From Oligoflexia bacterium (GTDB lineage: Bacteria; Bdellovibrionota; Bdellovibrionia; JABDDW01), in the NCBI GenBank assembly GCA_043732305.1, contig JAYTHU010000231.1:28807-92806 (forward strand): a stretch of DNA of 64,000 nucleotides, given 5' to 3'. This document shows, piece by piece, positions 19,811 through 29,207 of this stretch. The notes under the pieces were generated by a model. It was given only the letters and a program-made list of their open reading frames with translations. It was not told the DNA's origin and made no database searches. The position numbers and the translations under genes were made by a program. Every line of letters begins with the position of its first letter. Position 1 is the first letter of the stretch.

Positions 19811-20652
19811 ACTTTGCCTCTTTGAAGTTTGGTTTGACGAATAAACGAAATATAAAAAGCCAAACTCGCCAAACAAAGTGTGACAATCTGTCTGAAAGAA
19901 AATATCCCAATCATGTTTTCAGCTTGAATTTCAAAATCACGAAATAGCGAAGCGACAATATCTCCCAAAACGGCGTAACCCAAAAGGAAAAGACAAGTCA
20001 TGCGTCCACGATGAGAAAATTGCTTCTTATTTGCAATAAGAATTATTTGTAGCAACAGCCCTTCTGCCAAGGCTTGATACAAACGCAACGGATGCCGGGG
20101 GATATCACCATATCCGGGGAATATGACTCCGTAGACAATATTTGTCGGGCGCCCCGGGGTTGATATGGTCATGAATTCCGAAATGCGAACTAGGAAAATA
20201 AAAGTTGGCGTTATAAATGACAAAATATCCATCAACTTCAAAGTGTTCAATTTTAAACGGTTAGCAATAAACGCGGTAGTAAGAAAAGCTCCGATAACTG
20301 CACAGCTAGATGACAAACCATCACCGAGCGCGTAAATAATCCAAAATGGATTTGCTTGGAATGATGCTTTTTCGAAATTCAAAGCAACGTACCCGATTCG
20401 GCCACCAACTTGCCAACCAAGTGCGGCCCATAGAACAATTTTATTTACCGCTTTGGGATAGTCAATGAACTTAGAATTTTCTTTATCATAAATCGAAAAG
20501 TTGCCGGTGCGGAAAGAAGCCGTGACCAATCTGTGAATGATATAAAGTCCAAAAATGAAAAAAATCCAATACACGCTGAGAACGTGCCCGGCCACAGATG
20601 GACCAGACAGTTGGATACTTCTGTAATCAATCATCAAATATTTTCCAATCAA
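19804..20652 (-). CDS. lgt: Prolipoprotein diacylglyceryl transferase-like protein (degenerate)
   Basis: GGRIGYV, PGRPT...GVIFP and PRHP.RLYQ motifs; several signature residues substituted. Confidence 0.75.
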   Translation of the reverse strand: MIGKYLMIDYRSIQLSGPSVAGHVLSVYWIFFIFGLYIIHRLVTASFRTGNFSIYDKENSKFIDYPKAVNKIVLWAALGWQVGGRIGYVALNFEKASFQANPFWIIYALGDGLSSSCAVIGAFLTTAFIANRLKLNTLKLMDILSFITPTFIFLVRISEFMTISTPGRPTNIVYGVIFPGYGDIPRHPLRLYQALAEGLLLQIILIANKKQFSHRGRMTCLFLLGYAVLGDIVASLFRDFEIQAENMIGIFSFRQIVTLCLASLAFYISFIRQTKLQRGKVW

Positions 20653-20846
20653 TATAGTGTTCTATTTATGATAAACCCCAGCTTGGACATTTGAAAGAAA
20701 TTAGAAATCTCAAGATAAAGGTCTAGGTAAACATAATGAACTGTAAGAAAACCATGAGTCTAGTGCTTGCTCCCCCGAGCCTTGGGTGCGGGACCACGCC
20801 AGTCGAAGCGGGAGGAATGTTATTCGTGTTTCTTTCTGCTATAAAA

Positions 20847-21368
20847 TTACCGCTGAGAATTCAACTGTTCTAGATTTAGAAGAAAAGATTTTACCTTGAG
20901 ACCGCCTGCAAATCCTGTTAGAGCACCACTCGCTCCTATCACGCGATGACATGCCGCTACTATAGAAACCGGATTTCTACCGTTTGCTGCTCCAACAGCC
21001 CTATAGGCTTTAGGTCGCTTTATTTTTTTCGCAATCTGACCATAGGTTCGGGTTTCTCCATATGGTATTGCGAGCAGTTCCTGCCAGACATTTTTCTGAA
21101 AATCTGTGCCCTTAAAATCAAGTTTTAAATCAAAACTTTTGCGCGTTCCTAGAAAGTATTCGCTCAACTGTTTTTCTGCACTAAGCAGATGGGTATTTTT
21201 GCTATTTTCAATTTGGAGACCAAGAGAAATTCTTTTTGGATCGTCATTTTCCCAAAGAACAGCCACCAAACCTTTAGAACTCGCAACAAGTTTTAATTCG
21301 CCCACCGGAGATGCGAAAGTCTTAAAATAATATTCCTGCTTTTTTTCATTACTTTTCAATTTCATCAA
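20847..21368 (-). CDS. ogt: Methylated-DNA-protein-cysteine methyltransferase
   Basis: GTDFQKNVW, IPYGETRTYG, RAVGAANGRNP and active-site CHRVIG. Confidence 0.93.
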   Translation of the reverse strand: MMKLKSNEKKQEYYFKTFASPVGELKLVASSKGLVAVLWENDDPKRISLGLQIENSKNTHLLSAEKQLSEYFLGTRKSFDLKLDFKGTDFQKNVWQELLAIPYGETRTYGQIAKKIKRPKAYRAVGAANGRNPVSIVAACHRVIGASGALTGFAGGLKVKSFLLNLEQLNSQR

Positions 21369-21430
21369 ATACTTATAACTAAAATAATAAATATAAACTA
21401 GCCAATTTCGGATGTGATCAAATCATCAAG

Positions 21431-21961
21431 CTATAGTGACTTTTCGAATCTCACCGTGTTCCGCAAATGCCCTTTTTGAATTTTATCACCAGGCAGAAGC
21501 CCAACTTGATTCATCTTAAGTTTTTCCATTATTCTTATAGAGGCTAAATTTCTCGCGGCACAAGTAGCCTAAATTACTCGAAGTTTTAGATTATCGAATC
21601 CAAATCTCATTAATCTTTCGGATGCTTCGGTAGCCAACCCACGTTTTTGAAATTCTGGGTTTATCATCCATCCTAAGCTTGCGATGCAACTTGACTGAGA
21701 CTCCCTTCGAATGCCACACCCGCCTACGAGTGCCCCAGTCTCTTTCAAACAAATCGCAGCATCAAACTTGTAACGCTCTCGGTCTTCTGACTGTGCGGCC
21801 ATTTCTAAAACAAATTTTTTGGTGTCTTTCATTGTATTTGGGCCCCAAAGTTCAAATTGCGAGAATTCCTTTATAGATGTGTAAATGTGGACTCGCTCAA
21901 TATCACCTCGGTGATAGTCCCTGATTATTAGACGGTCCGTTTCCGATTTAATTTGAGTCAC
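21431..21961 (-). pseudogene. RimJ/RimL-family GNAT acetyltransferase with an in-frame amber stop
   Basis: TAG at 21569-21571 lies within LKLRVI*ATCAARNLASIRIMEKL. The frame stays open for 45 more sense codons to the TAG at 21431. Confidence 0.8.
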
Positions 21962-22246
21962 ACTGTCACCTTATGTAGAATCGTAGTGAGTAAAAAATTC
22001 GCCTCATGACGGAAACTCGATGAGATATGACTAGTCCTAAAATGTTTTCGCGTTTCACGGGAATATCCACGCTCATATATTTGTACGAACTAGTCAAAAT
22101 AATGTCCGCTCTTAACTGTTGGTGCAGAAGAATAGTTTACGCCATCATCTTTCATTAGCACTAAAATTTTCTCTAACCCACCACACGGGCCGAAGGCCCT
22201 TGATATTTTGGTAAATTTACCGATAATCAGTAGAGGAGGGCATTTC

Positions 22247-22774
22247 TTGATTGGACGTATGCGCGGCTTTACACTCATTGAACTTATGATAGTTATTTCC
22301 ATTATGGGAGTGCTTACGGCTGTCGCCGTTCCCAACTATGTAAGATATGTCAACAAATCGAAACAAAATGAAGCAAAAGTCAACCTTGAATCACTTTACG
22401 CAGCAGAGAAATCATTTTACTTTAATCATCTATTTTATTCTCCTCGATTTGATGCAGTCGGCTTCAAGCCAGCAGGCTCTTTGAATTATCACACTGGGTT
22501 TGCAGCGGATTCGAACTCGGGATTCGGCACTGCCGGTTGCATCGACACGAGCTTGGGCACTTGTACAGGATCGGTATGGACGGAAGCCCTTCCTGCTCAG
22601 GTGGCCGGCACTATTGGAGCCTCAAATATTGTTACCACTGGTGCTTTGAATTCATTTTCCGCAGAGGCACGTGGCAAAATTAATGGAGCTATAGTGGATA
22701 TTTGGAATATTCGTGACACTATCGATCCGACAACTAAAGCCCCACTAGTAAATACAAATCCCGGTGTTGATTAA
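22247..22774 (+). CDS. Type IV pilin (prepilin)
   Basis: SD AGAGGAGG before a TTG start; cleavage motif G|FTLIELMIV; deltaproteobacterial-type KSKQNEAKVNLESLY helix; two Cys. Confidence 0.9.
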   Translation: MIGRMRGFTLIELMIVISIMGVLTAVAVPNYVRYVNKSKQNEAKVNLESLYAAEKSFYFNHLFYSPRFDAVGFKPAGSLNYHTGFAADSNSGFGTAGCIDTSLGTCTGSVWTEALPAQVAGTIGASNIVTTGALNSFSAEARGKINGAIVDIWNIRDTIDPTTKAPLVNTNPGVD

Positions 22775-23024
22775 TACTGACCAACAACTTTCGTTTTATT
22801 TTTATGGCTATACGATTTTCTTGAATAATAAGAGATCTGACAACGGTCAGATATTTGAATGGTTGAAAGAACACTTTGGTTATTCTATTTCGACCTCCCT
22901 ACTTAACGCCATTCCGATAGTTTGCTCTACGAAATTCTTTAGCAAGAAATTTTGCCCCTCCGCAAATTTTTAAGCAGCTTTGCGCCTAAAATTTGCGCCA
23001 AATCTATTCAGAATATTTATGGGC

Positions 23025-23040
23025 TGGCACCCTTTTTGAA
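23025..23040 (+). promoter_or_regulatory. Possible sigma54 (-24/-12) promoter
   Basis: TGGCAC-N5-TTGAA (consensus TGGCAC-N5-TTGC; -12 box imperfect), 32 nt before the ATG at 23073. Confidence 0.35.
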
Positions 23041-23072
23041 TTACAGAGGGAAAAAGAAAGGAAGCAGACAAC

Positions 23073-23552
23073 ATGAAATTTTTTAAGCAGATCTTTGCAA
23101 GTCAAATATTACGATTGAGGAACGTCAAAGAAGGAGACGAAATTTACTTTGTGTTTCTTCGCGTGTCCCAAGTTTTGTCCGTCGTGACAACGCTTTACGC
23201 CTTAGTGCTCATTGCACCTATGTCCATAGAACTATCGGAGATAGGTGCCCCTGGATTCACCCCAAAGCTTTTTGTGCCACTCATTATTTCATTTGTGGTG
23301 ATCTTTACTGCGTGTGAAATCGCTCTACGATGCCTCGACAAAAATAAAATCGTTGGATTCTATCTTGGTTTATTTATAGCGATGCATTACTGTTTTGGCA
23401 TCGGCATTATCTTGGGGCTGTTCGGCTTTTATAGTTTACTGAATCCTTCGGCTCAGAAAAGATTTCTAAAAGATGCACCTCCATGGCTCAAAGAGTTCCT
23501 CACTTTTTGCAGAATTAATCACCTGGCCAAAGAGGACACAGAAATAGTCTAA
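23073..23552 (+). CDS. Hypothetical membrane protein (about 4 TM)
   Basis: ORF with hydrophobic segments and a purine-rich SD region. Confidence 0.6.
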   Translation: MKFFKQIFASQILRLRNVKEGDEIYFVFLRVSQVLSVVTTLYALVLIAPMSIELSEIGAPGFTPKLFVPLIISFVVIFTACEIALRCLDKNKIVGFYLGLFIAMHYCFGIGIILGLFGFYSLLNPSAQKRFLKDAPPWLKEFLTFCRINHLAKEDTEIV

Positions 23553-23623
23553 TTTACTCCTCGCCATAGGGCTGGGCGCCTAATGTAACCCCTTTATCAA
23601 ACCGAATAGACACAGGGGTTACT

Positions 23624-25636
23624 TTGGGAAAATTACGAGTCTTTACCAAATCTATTTACAAGAAGGCACTCGAATGCCCGACCAAACTTTTTTATTTAAA
23701 GAAACCCAGCGAGTACGCAAACGAAGACAAGGCCAATGACTTTTTAAAAGCTCTTGCTCGCGGAGGATTTCAAGTCGGAGCTTTGGCTCGATGCTATTAT
23801 CCCAAGGGGCATCTCATAGACACCCTCGATCATGAAGATGCGGTCAGACAAACCGATGCACTTCTGAACGAAAAAAACGTAATCATATTCGAGGCAGCTT
23901 TCAAATTTGAGAATTATTTCATTCGAGTAGATATTCTTCGCAAACAAGGAAATCTTGTCGACCTCATGGAAGTGAAGTCTAAGAGTGCAGATCCCGCAAT
24001 ATTCGAAGATGAGCTATGGGCGGTGAGCCCTTTGAAGCAAGGCATCTATCAGCTTAAGGCAGTTTGGTATGACTATATTTATGATGTCGCTTTTCAAACA
24101 TTTGTTCTTAGAAAATCAAAACCTGATTTTACGGTGACACCGTACCTTGTATGTGCGGACAAATCAAAAAAAGCAACAGTCGATGGACTCAATCAGAAAT
24201 TTTTAGTCAGGAACAATAATAGTTGCGGAAAGATAGAAATCCACGGTGATGTCTCGCTGTCATCTCTCGGCACGCGCATTTTGTGCGATCTCGATGTGAC
24301 CGAGGCTGTAGACAAAATTCTTAGCGACGAAGAAATGAGTGAAAAATCCAACGGGTTGCAGTTCCAAGAATCTGTCGAGCTGTACTCAAAAATGTTCGTC
24401 ACAGACAAAAAGATTTCAACGCCAATTGGGAAACATTGCAAAACATGTGAATTTCGCTCAGATGACGGATTTTTGAAAAGTGGATTTCATGAATGTTGGA
24501 AAGAACTCGCAGATCTGACCGCGGAGCAAATGTCCAAACCATTGATTTATGATATTTGGAGATTCTTAGGCTCTAACGATCTAATAAAAGATAGAAAATA
24601 TTTTTTGACCGATGCTTCAATCGAAGATGTTGATCCCAAAGAAGAACCGAATCGTGCTGGTTTATCTCAAAGCCAACGGCAGTGGCTTCAGGTCGAACAT
24701 GCTCAAAACAATTCACCGGAAGAATACATTGATATGGATGGGCTATCCTCGGCCCTCCGACTTAAATATCCCCTCCATTTCATTGACTTTGAAACTTGTA
24801 TGGTGGCCATCCCATTTTCAAAAGGGAGAAGGCCTTATGAGCAAATCGCGTTTCAATTCTCACATCACATCGTTCATGAAGACGGACGCATCGAGCATCA
24901 GGGGCAATACATAAATGCAAAACCTGGTGTATTTCCTAACTTTGATTTCGTTAGAGCTTTAAAGAAAGAACTTGAAAATGATAACGGATCTATTTTTAGA
25001 TACTCGCATCATGAAAACACTGTTCTTAATCAAATCAGAGATCAGCTTGCTGAAAGCACTGAGAGGGACAAAGACGATCTCATCACATGGATCAAAACTA
25101 TAACTTACCGAAAAGGCGAAGGCATCGGGCTTCGCTCAATGATAGATCTCTGTGAACTTGAAATGCATTATTACTTTCATCCAGCAACTGGCGGTTCAAA
25201 TTCAATAAAGAAAGTTCTTCCCGCAATCTTAAACGAATCAAAATTTTTGCAGGATAAATATTCAAAAGCTATATACGGAAAGCACGAAAAAATCGTGTCA
25301 CGTAATTTTGATTCTCAGATCTGGATAGAATTGAAAGACGGTAAAGTTTTAGATCCCTATTCGAGGCTCCCAAAAGTTTTTAATGATTATGATCGCAATA
25401 CTTTAGATCTCTTGATGGATGATGACGAACTTGCGGACGGTGGCGCCGCCATGACCGCCTATGCCTATTTACAATTTTCAGAAATGTCTGACGACGAGCG
25501 CGGGAAAATAGAATCGGCCCTGCTCAAATACTGCGAGTTAGACACCTTCGCGATGGTTATGATTTGGGAACACTGGATGGAACGGATAAAATCGCCACCA
25601 AATTTAACCGAGCCTGCACGGCAGCGGAAAGAATAA
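23624..25636 (+). CDS. DUF2779-type protein: PD-(D/E)XK/Cas4-like nuclease plus RNase H-like exonuclease domain
   Basis: LECP (Cys1), FEAAF...RVDIL...MEVK, CKTCEF...ECW (Cys2-4), FIDFET, GSNSIKKVLP, KYCELDT. Confidence 0.75.
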   Translation: MGKLRVFTKSIYKKALECPTKLFYLKKPSEYANEDKANDFLKALARGGFQVGALARCYYPKGHLIDTLDHEDAVRQTDALLNEKNVIIFEAAFKFENYFIRVDILRKQGNLVDLMEVKSKSADPAIFEDELWAVSPLKQGIYQLKAVWYDYIYDVAFQTFVLRKSKPDFTVTPYLVCADKSKKATVDGLNQKFLVRNNNSCGKIEIHGDVSLSSLGTRILCDLDVTEAVDKILSDEEMSEKSNGLQFQESVELYSKMFVTDKKISTPIGKHCKTCEFRSDDGFLKSGFHECWKELADLTAEQMSKPLIYDIWRFLGSNDLIKDRKYFLTDASIEDVDPKEEPNRAGLSQSQRQWLQVEHAQNNSPEEYIDMDGLSSALRLKYPLHFIDFETCMVAIPFSKGRRPYEQIAFQFSHHIVHEDGRIEHQGQYINAKPGVFPNFDFVRALKKELENDNGSIFRYSHHENTVLNQIRDQLAESTERDKDDLITWIKTITYRKGEGIGLRSMIDLCELEMHYYFHPATGGSNSIKKVLPAILNESKFLQDKYSKAIYGKHEKIVSRNFDSQIWIELKDGKVLDPYSRLPKVFNDYDRNTLDLLMDDDELADGGAAMTAYAYLQFSEMSDDERGKIESALLKYCELDTFAMVMIWEHWMERIKSPPNLTEPARQRKE

Positions 25637-25694
25637 TAATTTTAATGAAATTGATCAATTTCCCGTGAAGTCAAAAAAGTAAAGAAGCTATTGG

Positions 25695-25713
25695 CATAGT
25701 ATAGGGGACTATG
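25695..25713. promoter_or_regulatory. Putative RcnR/CsoR-family operator
   Basis: CATAGT-ATAGGGG-ACTATG: an inverted repeat around a G-tract, 15 nt before rcnR. Confidence 0.6.
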
Positions 25714-25728
25714 TTATCACTCTTAATT

Positions 25729-26004
25729 ATGGCACACACGCAACATGCAAAATCAAAACTAATTCTACGAGTCCGACGAATGAAGGGGCAACTTGAAGCC
25801 GTGGAGAGAGCCTTAGAAAAAGACGAAGACTGTTCAACTATATTAAGGACTGTTGTTTCCTGTCGTGGCGCCCTCAATGGACTCATGGCAGAACTCATGG
25901 ACGGAGAAATTCGATACCATGTTTTAGATTCCCAAAGCGGCAAAGCTAAACAAATGAAATCTGCGGATGATTTAATTGCGCTCATCCATTCGTACTTAAA
26001 ATAG
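25729..26004 (+). CDS. rcnR: RcnR/CsoR/FrmR-family metal-sensing repressor
   Basis: MAHT (His3), RVRRMKGQLEAV, DC (Cys35), RGALNGL...HV. Confidence 0.88.
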   Translation: MAHTQHAKSKLILRVRRMKGQLEAVERALEKDEDCSTILRTVVSCRGALNGLMAELMDGEIRYHVLDSQSGKAKQMKSADDLIALIHSYLK

Positions 26005-26028
26005 TCTCAACCTACCCCTGGAGCAAAT

Positions 26029-27084
26029 ATGCAAAACCCTCTCAGTCTTGTTTATTTTCCCGCCGCTGTAGCCCTGGGAGCACTTCATGCTCTTGAGCCA
26101 GGGCATGCAAAAGCACTCACAGCTTCTTATCTCATTGGAATAAAGGGCACAAAAAGAGATTCAATTGTCTTAGGACTTTCTGTAGCCTTAACCCATTCTA
26201 TCGTCGTTGTTGGGATATCTTCTATTGGACTTTGGCTTGGGAACGAAGCATTTACGGGCCGCGCGACGGAGTGGCTCGAGTACGGAAGTGGCGTTCTTGC
26301 AATTGTCATTGGAAGCTGGATGCTTTGGAGAAGGCTTGCGCTTCGCCATCGAATTGCTGCTCACGATCACGGTCACCATCACCATGCCCCCGATCCAGTG
26401 CTCGTAAACGGGAAGTCACTGCAAGGCAAACTAGAAATTGTCGATAGTCCACTAGGCGAAAGAATGAAATTCACAGCCACTAAAAATATCTCAGAGAATG
26501 AGCTTGTTATTGAGATTGCGAGAGGTGGAAATTCAATCGAAAAACTAATCCTCATAAAATCTCCAGATCACGACGGAATTTTTCTGAGCACCGCTGCACC
26601 TCAAGAACCCCACGAGTTTTCCGCCCGTCTCATTTTAAAAATGGAAGCAGAAAAAGAAGTTTTTAATTTTTCTATAACTGAACCGGAAGGTCACGGTGAT
26701 CATGATCATCTCGATGACGTCGCCCACGCTAAAGCCCATACCGATACTTTGCCTGATTATGTTAAAAAGGGCGAGAAGCCAAGTATCGGCCAAATAGCAC
26801 TTTTTGGAGCAGCGGGCGGAATGATTCCGTGCCCAGCTTCCATCACAGTCATGCTGCTAGCACTCTCAACTGGTAGAGCTGCAATGGGATTTGTCACAGT
26901 TTTGGGATTTAGTCTTGGTTTGGCCGCATCACTTGTAGGGATTGGCGTATTGGTTGTGACGGGACTAAGTCATATATCAACCTCCGGGCGATTCTCCGCT
27001 GTGAGTAAATTTGCGCCAGTTATAAGCGCCTGCCTGGTTATCCTTTCGGGATTTTTTGCTTTGCTCATTGCTCACAGGGGTTAA
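26029..27084 (+). CDS. rcnA: Ni/Co efflux permease RcnA (NicO family) with an inserted soluble domain
   Basis: GALHALEPGH, THSIVV, His-rich loops, GMIPCP. Confidence 0.88.
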   Translation: MQNPLSLVYFPAAVALGALHALEPGHAKALTASYLIGIKGTKRDSIVLGLSVALTHSIVVVGISSIGLWLGNEAFTGRATEWLEYGSGVLAIVIGSWMLWRRLALRHRIAAHDHGHHHHAPDPVLVNGKSLQGKLEIVDSPLGERMKFTATKNISENELVIEIARGGNSIEKLILIKSPDHDGIFLSTAAPQEPHEFSARLILKMEAEKEVFNFSITEPEGHGDHDHLDDVAHAKAHTDTLPDYVKKGEKPSIGQIALFGAAGGMIPCPASITVMLLALSTGRAAMGFVTVLGFSLGLAASLVGIGVLVVTGLSHISTSGRFSAVSKFAPVISACLVILSGFFALLIAHRG

Positions 27085-27375
27085 AATGGCACTCAACAGC
27101 TCAACAGGCTTCTGAGCATAATTACGAGTAGTTTTGGTACATCCCAATTTTTAATCGGCAATAAACCCTCTATAATTCAATTTCTAACAAACTATATCGA
27201 ACTGCAATCCACCCACATAACTATTTTAGAGGCACGAATTATGCACACTTTAGGATTGTTTTATAAAAACCTGTGCTAAAGGCTAGAGATGAATGCAAAT
27301 CATAAAAAAACACACTTCTACCAATTAAGACCAATTTCTGCTTCGAACAATCTTTTCAAAGCGGAGAGAAAAAAA

Positions 27376-28203
27376 ATGGCCAATCGTAAAATCAAAACAC
27401 TTATAGTCGGAGTAGATTTTTCAAAGTATTCAAAAGTTGTAGTCCAGCAAGCAAAAATGCTTTCTGAAAAACTAAAAATTCCTATTGTCTACGTGAATAT
27501 TTTTGAGCAGCCCTATGTCTCAGAATGGATTTTAAAAACAGCTTTAGCGGAGCTTGAGAGGCACTTTGAAAAAGAAATTAGGAAAACCTATAAACTAAAT
27601 AAAAAAGACAAAGTCATCGTCAGGTGCGGACAGGCATTTCAGCACATTCTAGATATCGCAAAGAAATTCACTAACCCACTTATAGTTGTAGGGCATCGTG
27701 GAAAAAGTGGTGTGTTCGCTAGATTTTTTATTGGAAGCACTGCTGAAAGACTTGCCTTGAAATCTCCTTTTCCCGTATGGATTCATCGCGGGAAAAGGCC
27801 AATTTTTCCCAAACACGTGCTCGTCCCATGTGACCTTACCAAACGCGGCCGTCATGCGCTAGATTCTGTTAAAGCTATGGGATTTGGAAGTAATCTTCAA
27901 GTGGAACTCTATCATGTGATCCAACCACCATTCCCGGTTTTGGACTATGCTGCTTGGTCAAATACATATGAGAGAATAAAAGAAAAAAATATAAGTATGA
28001 TTCGGATGTTCAAAAAGAAGAATCCTGGTTTAAAAGTCGTTGAAATCGAAGGTGATATCAATGAAGAAATTGAACAACAGAGTAGGAAGTTTGACCTCGT
28101 TGCGATCACTCCCCGTGAACACAAAGGTTCATTTGCCAGTTTCGGAAGTGTCACGTCCAAGGTAGTGAGGCAGGGAGATACTTCGGTTCTAGTGGTGCCT
28201 TGA
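27376..28203 (+). CDS. Universal stress protein (tandem USP domains)
   Basis: IVGVDFS, IVVGHRG...FIGSTAERL, VLVPCDL, FGSVTSKVVR. Start refined to the ATG at 27376 after GGAGAG. Confidence 0.88.
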   Translation: MANRKIKTLIVGVDFSKYSKVVVQQAKMLSEKLKIPIVYVNIFEQPYVSEWILKTALAELERHFEKEIRKTYKLNKKDKVIVRCGQAFQHILDIAKKFTNPLIVVGHRGKSGVFARFFIGSTAERLALKSPFPVWIHRGKRPIFPKHVLVPCDLTKRGRHALDSVKAMGFGSNLQVELYHVIQPPFPVLDYAAWSNTYERIKEKNISMIRMFKKKNPGLKVVEIEGDINEEIEQQSRKFDLVAITPREHKGSFASFGSVTSKVVRQGDTSVLVVP

Positions 28204-28263
28204 GGTTATTGGCTGAATTCGAGAACTGATTCACCTAAGACATTTTTAAAGTTGGAGACTAAA

Positions 28264-28323
28264 ATGCTTCCCAAATCTCACCGGACAAACCGCATCGGTG
28301 CTTTCTTTGAAACCGTCGATTGA
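28264..28323 (+). CDS. 19-aa small ORF coupled to the DUF4010 gene (putative leader peptide or split N-terminus)
   Basis: GGAG SD 6 nt before the ATG; MLPKSHRTNRIGAFFETVD*; its TGA overlaps the TTG start at 28320. Confidence 0.35.
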   Translation: MLPKSHRTNRIGAFFETVD

Positions 28324-29171
28324 AGGTCCAAGTAAAACAATGGATTAAGCCTGGTTTGATTTTATCTGTACTTTTTCTTTTCTCGCAGCTTTTACCACCA
28401 AGTCCAATTGATCCCTGGAATCTCTTAAGTCTCAAAAAGATAATGAGTATGATTTTTGTTTTGGCTTTTATTCAAATTTTGGGCTCTATGGCAATTCAAC
28501 TTCTCGGCTTTCGAATCGGAGCGATTTTAACCGGTTTTCTCGGCGGGTTGGTCTCAAGCACAGCAACAACGGCTACTTTGGCTCGAAATAGCATGCTGCT
28601 TCCAAATAAGGATGCCTCTTTAGAAAACTTGACGTTTCTATGCGCGACTCTTGCGATGCTGCTCGAAGCCTTGGCAATAACGGTTTTTGGAACCCAGAAT
28701 TTTCACTTGCACCTATTAATTATATTCTTCGGCCCAATTCTAATCACTTTACTCATGATTATTTTTCAAGCTAGAACTGCCGAACTCAGGCCGTTTTCTT
28801 TGGAAAATACGCAAATTAATATTTTTCCTATTGTCAAGCTTTCTGCTTTTGTAATTGGCATTATAACGCTGTCAAAAATTCTACAGAATATTTTTGGACA
28901 AAGTGGATTGATCGGATTGACTTTCATCGCCTCGCTTTTTGAAATCCATGGATCCATCATTGCCAATACCCAATTGCATGATACAGGCGGGATAACAGTA
29001 AGTTTTCTTGGTGGATTGTTGTCCCTTTCGATTACAGCATCTTATATTTCAAAACTATTCCTTGTAGCAACTTTAGGTAGCCCGTCACTAAAAACTCGTG
29101 TCACCCAATCTACACTCTTCTTATTTTTATCTCTTACTTTAAGTTGGTTGATTTTTTCTTTCTTAAATTAG
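28320..29171 (+). CDS. DUF4010 membrane protein (MgtC/SapB-associated C-terminal part only)
   Basis: LLPPSPIDPWN, GFLGGLVSSTATT, ASLFEIH motifs. Confidence 0.75.
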   Translation: MKVQVKQWIKPGLILSVLFLFSQLLPPSPIDPWNLLSLKKIMSMIFVLAFIQILGSMAIQLLGFRIGAILTGFLGGLVSSTATTATLARNSMLLPNKDASLENLTFLCATLAMLLEALAITVFGTQNFHLHLLIIFFGPILITLLMIIFQARTAELRPFSLENTQINIFPIVKLSAFVIGIITLSKILQNIFGQSGLIGLTFIASLFEIHGSIIANTQLHDTGGITVSFLGGLLSLSITASYISKLFLVATLGSPSLKTRVTQSTLFLFLSLTLSWLIFSFLN

Positions 29172-29207
29172 AAATGACCTTGTGTCTCGAAAAACCTTTC
29201 CAAGCTC

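Noticed and set aside
21569-21571. Pyrrolysine or amber recoding
   Set aside because: No pyl genes in the window, TAG ends other genes here, and the position is Tyr/Trp in homologues.
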